Below are positions 27,176 through 60,059 of a stretch of DNA of 64,000 nucleotides, piece after piece (within the stretch, counting starts at the first letter, position 1; each line of letters starts with the position of its first letter). The notes under the pieces are model-generated. The model made no database searches and was not told where the DNA came from. It saw only the letters and a program-made list of their open reading frames with translations. The DNA comes from Amoebidium appalachense. Taxonomy: Eukaryota; Protista; Ichthyosporea. Position numbers and translations under genes: made by a program. The stretch lies in assembly GCA_963693365.1 (NCBI GenBank), contig CAVNZM010000004.1:4395447-4459446 (forward strand). The letters are read 5' to 3'.

Positions 27176-27856
27176 AATCAGTCTTGTGCCTGTTGTGTAA
27201 GGCAGCAGGGCTTACTCACGCGTGTATGTGTGTCTACAGATGAGAAGGTCGTCGTTGTGTGCGAATGGACGGGCATGCTGGATGTGGTGGGCCACCACGC
27301 CAAGAAGCTCGGCTTCAAATGCAACCGCATCGACGGCACAATGAAGCCCCTCGAGAAGAACGTCAGCAACCACCCCCCCCCCCCTAACCCTTCTTCTCAT
27401 CAGGTACAGCCTAGTTACGTGCATGAATCAGATGCTTGAAATCGATATCGATAGGCTGTACCTGATGAGAAGAAGGGTTGGGGGGGGGGCTAGAGGATAT
27501 AGGTTGGGTTATGTGGGAGAAGATGTCAGGGGTTTGTTTGAGGGGGAGGGGAGAGGTCGGCTCAAAAAGGGAAGAGGGGTGATACACAGTTCACAGAGAC
27601 AGGGAAATGAAAAGAAACGAGAAAAGGATCAACTCTTCATTGTTTTTTCCATCATCACCATCCCGGTTCTTTGCGTATAGGGGTTTTTTTTTCTTTCCCC
27701 CCCCCCCCCCCCCCCACCACCACCACCACCACAACCACAACCACAACCACCACCACAACCACCACCAAAAAAAAAAAAAAAAAAAAAAAAAAAACTTCCC
27801 GACGTGCCTTTTTCCCCTAAACCGACCCCTCCCTCCGATGCTTTGTTCCCCTAACC

Positions 27857-27893
<37 letters not shown>

Positions 27894-28130
27894 AGGCTGC
27901 AATGGACGAGTTCAACAAAGAGGGGGGTGCCCGGCTGATGCTGCTGTCACTAAAGGCCGGTGGGGTGGGCCTCAACCTGACGAGGGCAAACCACATCTTC
28001 CTCACTAACAACCACTGTAAGTACAATCCATTCTACAACACACACGTGCACATGCACACGCACGCGTGCGCGCGCGCACACACACACGATAGTACTAACA
28101 GTATAATACATAGGCCCGGCGATGCTTACC

Positions 28131-28168
<38 letters not shown>

Positions 28169-28680
28169 CCGGCCCTCTATCTCTCTCCGCCAGGGAACGA
28201 AGTAGCAGGTTGATGCGGTGAACCCACACTTATAAGATGACGAACACTGGGAAGAAATTTAAGTGAGATGATAGAAGATAATGTGTGGACCTGTGTGGGA
28301 TTGCGATTGCGTGTGTGCACGCATGTATGTGTTGTGTGCAATGGTAAAGGGGGCAGGCGGTGGAGGAAGGGAAGGCGGGGGGGGGGGGGGGGGGGGGGGG
28401 GGGAAGGCTCTCAAAACTAAAACTTAGTAATGTTTCAGGGAACCCTGCTGTAGATGACCAGGCAACCGTAAGTGTTTCCATCCCCTTCCCCCCCCACCCC
28501 CGCCTCTCCCGGCGGTGAAAATTCGTCTGTGTACGTTCCTGCTACTGAAACTACTGCTCCACTATAACTTCGTAGTGATGTTCGTGGTTCAGTTGAAGAG
28601 TGGATGACGGTGTGTGTGGGTGTTTGTATGTGTGCTTGTCTGTGGGTCGGGAGTGGGTGTTGTGATGGTTGGAGAAGGGG

Positions 28681-28723
<43 letters not shown>

Positions 28724-28904
28724 GTCAAAAATATGAACGAGGTTCACTGTGAACTAACCGGGCTTGCATGGGCATAGGACCGTGTGTACCGCATGGGGCA
28801 GAAGCGCCAAGTGCACGTGCATCGCTTTGTGTGCACCGACTCGGTCGAGAAGAAGATCGTCCAGCTGCAGACTCAGAAGCGCCAGCTGGCAAACGTACGT
28901 ATCC

Positions 28905-28979
<75 letters not shown>

Positions 28980-29009
28980 CCCCCCTAGAGTGCGCGAAAT
29001 GATCTCTCA

Positions 29010-29050
<41 letters not shown>

Positions 29051-29382
29051 GCCCCCAATGACCTATCTATGGTCTGATGGGGAAGCCAAAGTCCAATCGA
29101 CTCGAGCTAGCACCATCGGGGTTTGAATTTGCGGGAAAATCGTGTTCTGCTCTGTACGATGTTGGGTTGGAGCAAAGGGTGGGTGGGTGGGTGGGTGGTG
29201 GTGGTGGGGGGGGGGGGGGGGGGGGGGGGTTGTACAGATGAACGTGTCAAAGTGCCTAGGGTCGTCTGTGTTGGCTATTTATGCTTAGTCAGCCGGTGGT
29301 GCTCGTTACCCGCCTGTGTCATTTTGGATGACTTTTGACCAATGAAAACGTGCAAACAGGCCCCCCTCCCCCCCCTTCCCCC

Positions 29383-29429
<47 letters not shown>

Positions 29430-29779
29430 CTTCCTAATCTGACAGTGCTCAGGGAGAATCCATCCAATTTTCTTGATCATTGGTTCCCATGCTTAGGAAA
29501 ATCTCCAACTTTTAAATACCCTTCCTTCTTCTCCCTCCTCCTCCCCCCTCCCCCCCCCCCCCCCCCCCCCCTCCCCGCCCACCCACCCCAACACACACAC
29601 ACACACACACATGTTATTGAAAGGCAGTATGTTACAGTTATGTACAAAAGTGAGATGCTAACGAGGGTGGTACACCCACACATGTACAGGATCTGCTTGC
29701 GCCCGGCAGCAAGATCCGTCGGCAGCAGTACAAGTCTGGCCTGTCGATGCAGGAGCTGATGGCTATCTTTGACGAGTGA
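13747..29779 (+). CDS. SNF2-family ATPase of the Rad5/16-like group, RING-less (TTF2/Lodestar-like), about 28 exons; 5' exons tentative
   Basis: Helicase exons: 17704-17753 (LKTKLMPHQ), 19729-19792 and 20180-20250 ([13 protein letters not shown]), 20989-21085 ([13 protein letters not shown]), 21607-21685, 22070-22144 (DVVITTY), 22594-22672, 22999-23104 ([10 protein letters not shown]), 23702-23829 (TGTPVQN), 24162-24246 (LLRRTK), 24777-24868, 25446-25526, 25818-25916 ([11 protein letters not shown]), 26458-26596, 27240-27361, 27896-28016 ([14 protein letters not shown]), 28439-28467 (WNP), 28778-28894 (DRVYRMGQ), 29690-29779 (TGA). Phase-compatible upstream exons: 14109-14143, 14515-14636, 14807-15064, 15287-15543, 15860-16043, 16797-16879, 17166-17239. 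Exons 13747-13804 and 14020-14044 are a guess. No RING finger between the two lobes. Confidence 0.88.
18610..19216 (+). mobile_element. Degenerate 3' end of a DIRS/Ngaro-like tyrosine-recombinase retroelement plus terminal repeat, inside an SNF2 intron
   Basis: One frame reads [46 protein letters not shown] (GHSF at 18691, W at 18757, Y at 18787). This resembles the YR box-II HxxR and WxxxHxFxxxY motifs, broken by stops. It is followed by a ~250-bp repeat found elsewhere in the window. Confidence 0.55.
27386..27479. repeat. Perfect 28-bp inverted repeat (hairpin) near an SNF2 intron donor
   Basis: AACCCTTCTTCTCATCAGGTACAGCCTA (27386-27413) and TAGGCTGTACCTGATGAGAAGAAGGGTT (27452-27479), with a 38-nt spacer. 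Confidence 0.92.
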
Positions 29780-30085
29780 GTCTTCACGTGGAACATGCGG
29801 CCTGATATGCGAAAGTAATGCAGGATGTATTGTAAATACAATTCGGAATTCTTAGTAGTACAAGGAGATAGGTCAGAAATACGATTTGTGTGCAAGAACG
29901 ATTGTAAAATGCATATAATATTGCAGCGCACTTGCAATCGTTGGGGCAATACGCGAGTGTGTGGTTTGAGAACGCGCTTACAGCACCATTTATGTATGAG
30001 CCTCTATGAGGCGTCTCATTTGGTTTGATTGGGTATTCTGTAAGTCCGTGTTCACACAACGCCTTCGGAGCTCTGCAAACACATC

Positions 30086-30144
<59 letters not shown>

Positions 30145-31603
30145 ACACACACACAGCCCCCATTTCTTATTACATGACGATGCACTTGAGTCCAGGTAGA
30201 GCCCTATGCATGCTCACACTTATTTAGTTATCTTCAGCCATAAGAAGTGCCATTGGGGATCGCGCTTTTAAGGTCCCAGAGATGCCGGGGCCTTGATGTG
30301 CGAATTCCATTGTGGAACCTTTAAAGGTTTACACGGGCCAAATTTTTGTTTTGTAGGTATTGGTACGTGCATATGGCCACTGTGGAAATACTGCAAATAC
30401 ATTGATGTTCAACCTGTGGAAATCCTCAATCGAAGATGCCTACCCCGGGAGGGGGGGGGGGGGGGGGGGACATCACCCCAGTAAATAAGACGCACAGAAT
30501 TGCTATAGTCACCCTTTGGCATTTTGCAAGCATGTCTACACAGTGTGTGGACCGTGGACGATCGAGGGGGGGGGGGGGGGGAGGCACAAACGGTCTGAAA
30601 ATGAGGTACAATTATAACTTACTGGCGAGCAGCTGCAGCTCTGGGTGGCCCAGTGGCGAGGGGGGGGGGGGGGGGGGGGGGGGAGGATGAAATAAAGTAG
30701 TGTGTTGCTGGGTGGGCACTGGGTGGTGGGGCCGTTTGTAATCGATCCATGGCTATTGGTGGCTTTTGGATTTTATATATGTAAGGACGGGTTGCAGACG
30801 TCGGTGCCGGGTGGCTGTGGCGCTGAGAGAAGCCGGGGAGGGTACCTGCTATTCGTGATCCAGATGTGCAGTCGGAGGGTGATGTTTTCTTTCTGTACTG
30901 TTCGACATTTTTTCGGTATTCCGGTGCATATCATGATGGTGGTGGTGGCGGTAGGGACCGAGGGGGGGGGGGGGGAGGGCTATATGTGCGCCAACTGCAA
31001 ATGTCATGTACTGGATGTGGAATTTTCAAAATGCGACCTGGGGGGAACAACGCGCTTGGGCCGCTGTTCACGAGACCGTCAACGTTTGCATGTAGATATG
31101 TTGAATAATTTACTGAGTTGTGGTTGCAGCGTAGAATATAGACCGTGTGTGCCCATTGATGGCCTACAGTTATTGGTTCGGCGTTGCACATTCACCATCA
31201 TACACTGTTGGGGAATGCCGTGAATCACCGTGGGCCAGAGGTGCACGTCGCGTGTACACATGTACACATGTATGTACAGTGGGGTTTACGTACAGTCGAT
31301 TGTAGTACAGTCATATGTGTGTTTGTCTAGGGTGACAGAGCGGCTGGGTGCTAACGGTTTAACTTGTTGTTCGCATGCAAACGTGGCTGTGATAGTGTGA
31401 CAGACAACTTCGATGTGCAAAGCAAGGAGTACATCTGATAGTAGATAGTAGACCTCCAGATGTGGATGGTGCTGCACCTAGCACACATTTAGTGGCTGTG
31501 GGGGAGCTGAGAGAGCCTACTGGCACATACATACTGTGTGTACCGTGTGCGCCATGTGTGTGTGTGTCTTGTGTGATGGTGGTTTTTTTCTTTTCTTTTT
31601 TTG

Positions 31604-31655
<52 letters not shown>

Positions 31656-32150
31656 CTCAAACGGTGCATGATGCACATTCACATTTGTGTACATATTGAC
31701 GGTCCGTCATTCCGGCAACCAGGCCAGCTCATACATACAACACATTCCTACATTGTTGGACCTCACATGCTGAACGAAAGGGGGCTACCGTACAGTATAC
31801 ATCACATGGTCACACCAAGCATAGAGGAGGCTAGCTGGCGTGACCATGACAAGTCTCATGACCCCAAGGCATCTGTCCTTGTTAATTTCCTTCCCACTGA
31901 GATGTTATCCGTAGAACAGAGTGAGCTGAATCATCGACAAACATATCCCGGGGTGTCTACTTATTTTGAATACTCCATCATCATTTGCGACCGCAACTAT
32001 TTGTTTCGTGTTGCAAGTGTGAATCAAAGAGCAAGGAAAAAGTGAATCTGACCGAAGACAGGGAGAGATAGTGGCAGTGGATTAAAGTGAAGTCTCAGGT
32101 AACCCGATTTACACCGTAAATTGATTCAAATTCCGGTATAAGCAGGGGGT

Positions 32151-37284
<5,134 letters not shown>

Positions 37285-38966
37285 GATGGCGTCTGTGTGT
37301 GTGGTGTGCGTGTGGGTTGGCGGGTGGGTGGGTGCATGTGTGCGTGTGGTTGCGTGTGTGTGTGTAGATGTGTGTGTGTATAGAAAGGTGAGGGGTTACT
37401 GGGAGCCGGGGGGAGGGGGGGGGGGGGGGAGACGGGGGGTAGGGGGCGATTGGGTCAGGGGTGGAGAGTGACGTGAAGGTTGCATGCGCACACCAGCACG
37501 TGGAAAGCCAAGGGGCAAGCCAAGGCACACAGATACACAGGAGGCTAAAGGGAACTCGGAATCCAGTTGGACGCAGTCTCAACTACAATTATAGTCAAGG
37601 CAACAACAGCACTTTCCAAACAGAGTTCTTTTGCTTTCAGAATTTCGACATGTGCATGTGTTTGAGGTGGTATGGGGGAACACGGTTCATAAAAGTGCTT
37701 CCATACAAACATGAATGACAAGACAACAGTTCGGGGCATATCACATCACAACCACCAAACATGGCTTGTTTTCTTGCTATCTGGAACTGTCACGTTTTTT
37801 TCCCGAGTGTTCCTGTCCCATTCGAAAAAGAATAGAAGAATGAATCAGAGCTTGATAGTTTTGTTTGCTGGCCAAACAAGCAGGAAGAAATGCGACAAAA
37901 GCTTACCTATTCGAGTATCAGTTAGCACTTGGCTCCTTCTCCTATCCAACCGTTTGGTTGAGAGTCGCTTTCCCTCCTTGAGAGTACTAAAACACACCAA
38001 AAGAGTGACAGGGGAAAGAGAGATATCTGGAACGAAGAAATAACATGCGCTGTGCCTCTTTTTATGCGACGGCTGGATGAGAAAAATGCTTTTCGGTTGC
38101 TGGTCACGTGTAATTCTATTGGCTCGCGTGTACAAGGCTCTATCAGGTGGTCATAGGACTTCGTGATTTTAAGGTGATGTACTAAATGACTCAAGAGCTG
38201 ATAATAGAGGCGTTTAGAAGCGGCTTTATGATATAAAAAAGTTAGTGTATATATATACATAAATTTGAAGGTTTGAGCTCTTGAGAAACTGCATATTAGT
38301 TTAGTAATTAGCCTAGGAACAGTCGGACCAGTGCTTGCAATAAGGGTGCAAGCTTTGATTGGTTATTTACCTCGGATAAATACGGAACTATGTTTGACAT
38401 CTATGATTGGTAGAGCATTTTAAGAACCCCTTATAAAGTTGATATAAATTTGTAATGTTTTAGTTCCTCAATTGAATCATAGACAACACTTGCCTGATTT
38501 TGTCGAAAGCCAGAGCCTACTGTGCCCATCTTTTGAGCCATTTATGGGAACTCTTTTAGTCACGCCTATTGGTGCGTTCCACGTGATATAAACACTGTCA
38601 CGTAATCGTTGCGGTAGGCCAGGCAGCCAGGCCGGCCGCCGAGTCGGTTGCTCGGTTGCTTGAAACAAAAACCTGAACTCCGGGAAAGAGAAGAACTGAT
38701 GTTATATACTTCGAACTCTGAACAGACCGTGTATGTCAGATGTCCTTCGTTCTCCAATGCACGGCGTTTCCTACCTACCTAATCCGTTAGCTAGGTTATT
38801 TTTGTTGCTGTAGAACTCGAAGTCTTTATGGTGCACATTGACTGCATCCGGTGCACATGGACTCGATGGCGGCTTCGTTTTGACTGAGCACAACATATCC
38901 CACACAGCCATGTGCTCGCTTCTGGCTTGGACCATTGCCGGTTTAACCCATCAATGACCCCGGATG

Positions 38967-39075
<109 letters not shown>

Positions 39076-39878
39076 CCACCAGCGCCTCCACACTCTCATA
39101 CCTACACATCCATCTATTCAATCCGTTCCGACTGGACATCAGTTGTGAATGTGCACGCTCTCACATCTACGTGCACACTCTCTCATCTACACTGTTATAG
39201 AGCTCCCCTTATTCCTTCGGCTTGGGCTGGACATCTGGATGTGACGTGCCTCGATCGGTGACCGGTGCTGCTGCATGCCATGGTCCTGGCTTGTGTTATG
39301 TGCCCTTTGTGTGGAGAGGTTGTAGGTGATGATGCTTGAGTGTGGCGCAGCACTTGTCCTTGTGGTGGAAAAACAACATGAACCATCAGACGGTTTGTTG
39401 AGGTTTGGTGGTAGTGGGCTCCTCAGGGTATGGGACTATGCTATGGTGGTGGTCGGGAGTAATGGGTAATTGTGGTTAAGTGGTCCTTGTCAGTTAGTTA
39501 TCTGTTCAAGTCTTTCTTTGTTCATCATGTTCTTCTTCTTTATCTTCATAGTTCTTCTCCTTTTCCTCCTTTTTTTCTTCGTATTCTTCTTCTTCTTCCA
39601 CAATGTTTTTTTTTGGGGTAGGGAGAGGGTGATTGTGGTGGTATGGTGGTTTTGGGGGGGGGGGGAGGAGGAGGAAACCTGGCTACATGGCTTTCGCGGT
39701 TCGTCAGTTGACGTTTTTGGTTAGTGCTCATCGTTTATTTCTCTGATGCAATCGAGACCAGAAAGTCTGCAGAGTTGTCTTTCTTTCTTTCTTTTTTTTT
39801 TTTTTTTTTTTTTTTTTCGGTGGAGCTGGGCCTGCATGTGTGCGCGCGCGCGTGTGTGTATGTATGAATGGGGGGGGG

Positions 39879-39915
<37 letters not shown>

Positions 39916-40014
39916 ATGGTTCAAGGTCTGGGATGATTGGTGCGGGAGGATGTTTCATGTTTTTTTTTTGGCGCAGAACAGATATATCAATCCACATGCA
40001 CGATTCGAGGCTTC

Positions 40015-40057
<43 letters not shown>

Positions 40058-41056
40058 CACCCACCCACACCCACCCGCCTACAAATCCACTACACCCACA
40101 CACACATACACACACCACTCCCCCTCTTCCTCCCGTGGGTTTCCTTGTTCTTCTTTCAGGGCCTCAGATTAGTAATAGTCGAATACTTCTTCCCGTCTTT
40201 CTTACAAAGTTTTCTTAAAATTTCTAATAACTTATTGTCACGTCGGCCTCATCCGGAATGCTCAAATAGATCTGCAATCCACCCTTCCACTTCTGGTTGG
40301 ACCTTATATTACCAGACTCCCCCCTCCCTTCTCTCTCCCCCCCCCCCCCCCCTCCCCCCCCCCCCCTCCCCCCCCCTCCTCCTCCTCCCCTTCAGCCGCC
40401 GCCACCACCATGTCGTCCTCCTCCACGCCCACTTTTCTTATCAGGTTCATTCACCCACATCACCCCACCATCCACTCCATGATTGACACACACACACTTT
40501 GAAGACAGATGAATATATAAAAACCCAGCTCCGGGATGCGCACATAGGATCTCAGTCACCCTTTGTCATATCGCTACATATCCTCGGTGCATGTTCAGGC
40601 CTTCCCCCCTCCCCCCCCCCCCCCCCCTCCCCCTCCTACACTTCGCCTGCCTATGGCGGTTAAATTGCTTTTAGTTTTTGGATTTAACCATTTCGTTTAA
40701 ATTATATTAGATATATCCCTCCGTTTCAACCTTCTCTGTGATCAGACCCACCCCCCTCTTGCGGCATAACCTTCCAATTCCGCATATTGATGTGTTAACG
40801 TTTCGAAGGTCCGGCCTTGATCTCACGAATTATAGAAATCCTCATAATTAACGGAAATTCGGTGGTTTTGGGGTATATAGTTAATGGTGGTGGTGGAATA
40901 TTTGTGTGTGCACATCCCAGTCTCTGTGCTGCACAACTTTTTTTTGCTCCGCTCGATCCAGTTACTAAATAAAGCTAATCCGCTCGTTTCTTCACTAATC
41001 CTAATTATAAACCGTGGTCTGATAAAATCGTTACTCCCATACATCTCAGGTGTGTG

Positions 41057-41094
<38 letters not shown>

Positions 41095-42478
41095 GCCAGA
41101 ATATACAACAATAGTGCACGAGTTGGCATATGCATTTCGCACGCACGTGCACAGCACGATTCTTCATTAGTTGCACATCTTTGGTTTACACAGGTTGCAC
41201 GAGCACATAGCATACATAGATAGATAGGAACGATCGTTTATTTGTGCTTTATCTCCCTTTATTTCATAAGCATGTCCGGCATGCTCTTGTTTGCCCTCTG
41301 TTATTCATTAGGCACGTGTGGTATTCATAGTTTGTTTAGCTATTGGCGATAGCGAGAGGAAAGCACGCATCCGACGATTGTTGTGCATGCTTTTCATGTT
41401 TTCTGTGTAGTCGGGTGTTTTGTCTGCAGTTTAATTTCCGTTCATGTACGTGTCGTTATATGATTGGTCAGATTTATAGTATTCATAGTATTTGCCAATC
41501 AGATGCGCAAATACCTTTGGATAGATCTGTATTCATGGAATCTGCCTGCGGCAGATAAATAGGTGAGAATCGACCATAATAAATTAGACGTAGATTGACA
41601 GAACATGCAACTGTGTTTCTACCTCTCCACACTACCCTCTCTGTTAGTGCTGTGGCATCGTGCATTGCCCAGCACCACTCTGCACGTGTTTATGTCTGTT
41701 AGTTTAGTGGCCTGATCACCCACGTATACTCTCATTCATATGCATGTGTGCCCAGGTACGTGTTAGTTGTAGTGTGTACACTCTGCTAGTCAGGCGAGAA
41801 TAGTAGGGACTTTTGCCGTAAGTCAGCACTTTTCTTGCATGTGTGTGTGTGTGTGTGTTTGGGGGGGGGGGGGGGGGGGAGGGGGGGGGGAAGCCTCCAG
41901 GGGACGGGGGGGGGGGGGGGAGGGGAGGGGGCCGGGGTGGGGGGGGGGGGGGGGGAGGAGCCCCGGAATGCGGTGATTCGGCAACTGCAGAAGTCCTTCT
42001 CCTTCCTCCCTGGCTGTATGCGCAATTTGCTGCTTGGCGATATTTTGGCAAGCTTTGCAATTGAATGTGAAGCGACTGCAACACGGCCATCTACGTGCGC
42101 CATCGACGATGTATTCAAGCTACTAGTCATTCTATAATATCTAGCTAGTGTTGACGTGCGTGGGAAGATATGCATATGCTCGGGCCGCGGTAGGTGGTTT
42201 GATTTACAAGCCAAAAGAAATGTTTCTATTCTTGGAATCACAAGTTAGGCACACCTACACAACTTAGTATCGATATCCGTCTTGCCATCTGCATATGCAT
42301 TGCATGGGGACAAACGTGTCAAACTTGTCACATGTACACTCGATTTCCCTTGAAAGTTTTTAAATTTACCGCTGCCATCTATGACCAATGCCAACTATTC
42401 ACGTGCATATATTTAGATGCAAAATCAATGTTCAACAAGGCAGAAACAGACGGAGCAACTCAGAGCCTTATTCGCAGG

Positions 42479-42705
42479 AAAGTCCGCAAAATCTCGATCT
42501 GTAGCAGCCCACCTACTTCACAGTAGATGTAAGATGCCCAATTTTTTGCACAACCAACATTCTAAGTATTTGGAGAGCAAGTCATAGACACGGTCCGCAG
42601 GCCTGAAAGTCCGCAAAATCTAGATCGGTAGCAGCCAACCTACTTTACTTAGACGCAAGATGCTCTTTTTTGCACAACCAACATCCTAACGATGTGGGAG
42701 ACCGC
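42479..42705. repeat. Diverged tandem duplication, period ~127 bp
   Basis: AAAGTCCGCAAAATCT.GATC.GTAGCAGCC.ACCTACTT...AAGATGC...TTTTTTGCACAACCAACAT.CTAA starts at ~42479 and ~42606. Confidence 0.85.
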
Positions 42706-42996
42706 CAGTGATCGACAAGCACTTAAAACACTGCAACATTGGGTGATATCAATGCATATTCATTGGCTACCCCCTCCGGCAAATACATCACCACCTCGAG
42801 GCCTCCAGGTGCCATAACGACAAATCGTTACAACCATGTCCATACATATATTCCTACTTTCTTATTGTTTTATAAAAGATTTACATCGAGGATTTAATAT
42901 CAGCATCTTTATTACTCGTATTCATGCAATCAGGTACTCAAGAAAACCCGGCAGCGTCAAACTTCATTTATAAGCGTGTCGGTGTTCACTTGCAGC

Positions 42997-58135
<15,139 letters not shown>

Positions 58136-58219
58136 GCAACGCCAGATTCGTAAACTTTGAAAACGAAACGGGCGGTGTTTAGATTTGTGCCTGTGTGTGT
58201 ATCGTGCGTGTACGTGTGT

Positions 58220-58261
<42 letters not shown>

Positions 58262-59510
58262 ATGTACACGTGTGCGTGTGTGTTTTGAATGTTTGCTTCT
58301 GGCGGATGGGTGGGTGGGTGGGTGACCGGAGGAGGGGGGGGGGGGAGGGGGGGAGGCCCTGTTGGAGGGAGGGAGGGGAGGGGGGGGGGGGGGGGGTTTC
58401 ACTTAGTCCTTGACACGTGTACAGTGCACGTATTTGTATGCATTTCAACAGTCAAACACACATACACAACACACACACGTGCACGCCCACCCACCCACCC
58501 ACCCATACACACACACACACCGCGCGCGCGCGCGAGATTATAGTAAGTAGTGCTTTTCCTTCTTACAATATCATGAACACTGTCATGTGCACGTGTGTGC
58601 TTTCGCACCATTATTTACAGGCTCCGTCTGACGCATGGCAAGCAGATCATTGTGATCGATGCTTGTTCTTCGTGCGATAATAGTTGTGGCACGGTATTTT
58701 CACGCCCGTTGATGATTTCATTAGTTATATCAAATATAAAACGCTAAAATTTTACCCACAGGATTCTGTGATTACCAGATCAAGATCACGTTGTAGTTCG
58801 TAGGCCTTGTCATGTAGTCGTCAGATCAGGGAGTGTGCCAACGTACACTCGAACTACTATCCGTGTTACTTGATGTACAAAGATATCGAGAGCAGCATCT
58901 CAATAAAGAAAAAGGCATGTCAATGCAGGATCCGTTGAATGTGCAACGATCGAACACCATGACAGTATTTCTATCCGACGTGTCACAAGTAAATGAAGTG
59001 CATATGAAGCACGTCATACGTGCTTCATAATGCACAAGCCTTGGCAAGCGATGGCCATGCCGTGCGAACGTTTTGCACCAAGATGGGATCTGTGGCGCCA
59101 TTGCTGGTTTTACACGTATAACATGTACCAACCACGTGTTTGCAAGAGCTGCAGCTTCTGCACGCACATGTGAGAGCTACTTGCTTGCCACAAACTCTCA
59201 CAATCCGGGAACAAGGGAAGAGCGACCAAAGCTACACAGAGCACGGCTTGGAGTAAAACTTTAAAAGAAAAAAATAACATTTGCGAAGGGCTGAACCAGC
59301 AGCCTCTGATCACCAAACCAAAAACATTCATTCAACAAGGTGCAGCCTACTACAAAAATTTTCTGATAAGGAATCAGCATAAAAATACTACACGCATTTT
59401 CACGACCCCTCCTCCCCTCCCCTCCCAGCACACACACGAGCAATATGCAGTTTTGAAGTATATTAGGCAACCTGGGACCACCCCTGCACACTAGAAACCT
59501 CAGTCCTTAC

Positions 59511-60059
59511 TAGCTCAAAGTACGCATCATCCACCCCCATGTCCACACAAGGCTCTTCACGTGAGCTCCCAAGACCAGCTGCATCTGCAGCCTGTTCCTC
59601 CTCACATGACTCAGGAGGCGGCTCCAGAAACATTTGACGCAACCTTGTTATAGTCGAAGGCATAGCCTCAACACTTTCATGCAAGCATTCCGTCTGGAAG
59701 TTAAACCCACTGGCGAACAGGTTCCGGTCTCGTGTTCTTGATGCAATATTGCTCAATTGTGCGCAGTCAGCGGAAAAACTGCGTGTCGCTCTGGCCTGTT
59801 CAACGTCAAATGATGGCCGCACGGGTTCAGACACACTACGCTGCCTGTCGACTTTCGGCCTGTCCATTGGGGATATACGCACGCTGCGCAAACCACTGCA
59901 CAGCCCATCAATGTTTGCAGTTCGCCGCACTTTCAGTTGACATTTTCGCTGTCGGATGGCACTTATTGCAGGAGGTACTTCGCTATTGTCCGTGCAGATG
60001 ATGGCGTTACGTCGCCGGAAAGCGAACACCGGTACTTGCTTGTCGATCGGAAGAACCAT
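59511..60059 (-). CDS. Probable coding exon of an unidentified gene (further small exons possible at 58.8-59.2 kb)
   Basis: Repeat-free ORF of ~180 codons, preceded by ttcctttcag just before the ATG and ending at a GTAAGG donor; basic Ser/Thr motifs (RRRNAI, RQRSVS, RSFS) and an acidic patch; family not recognised. Confidence 0.55.
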
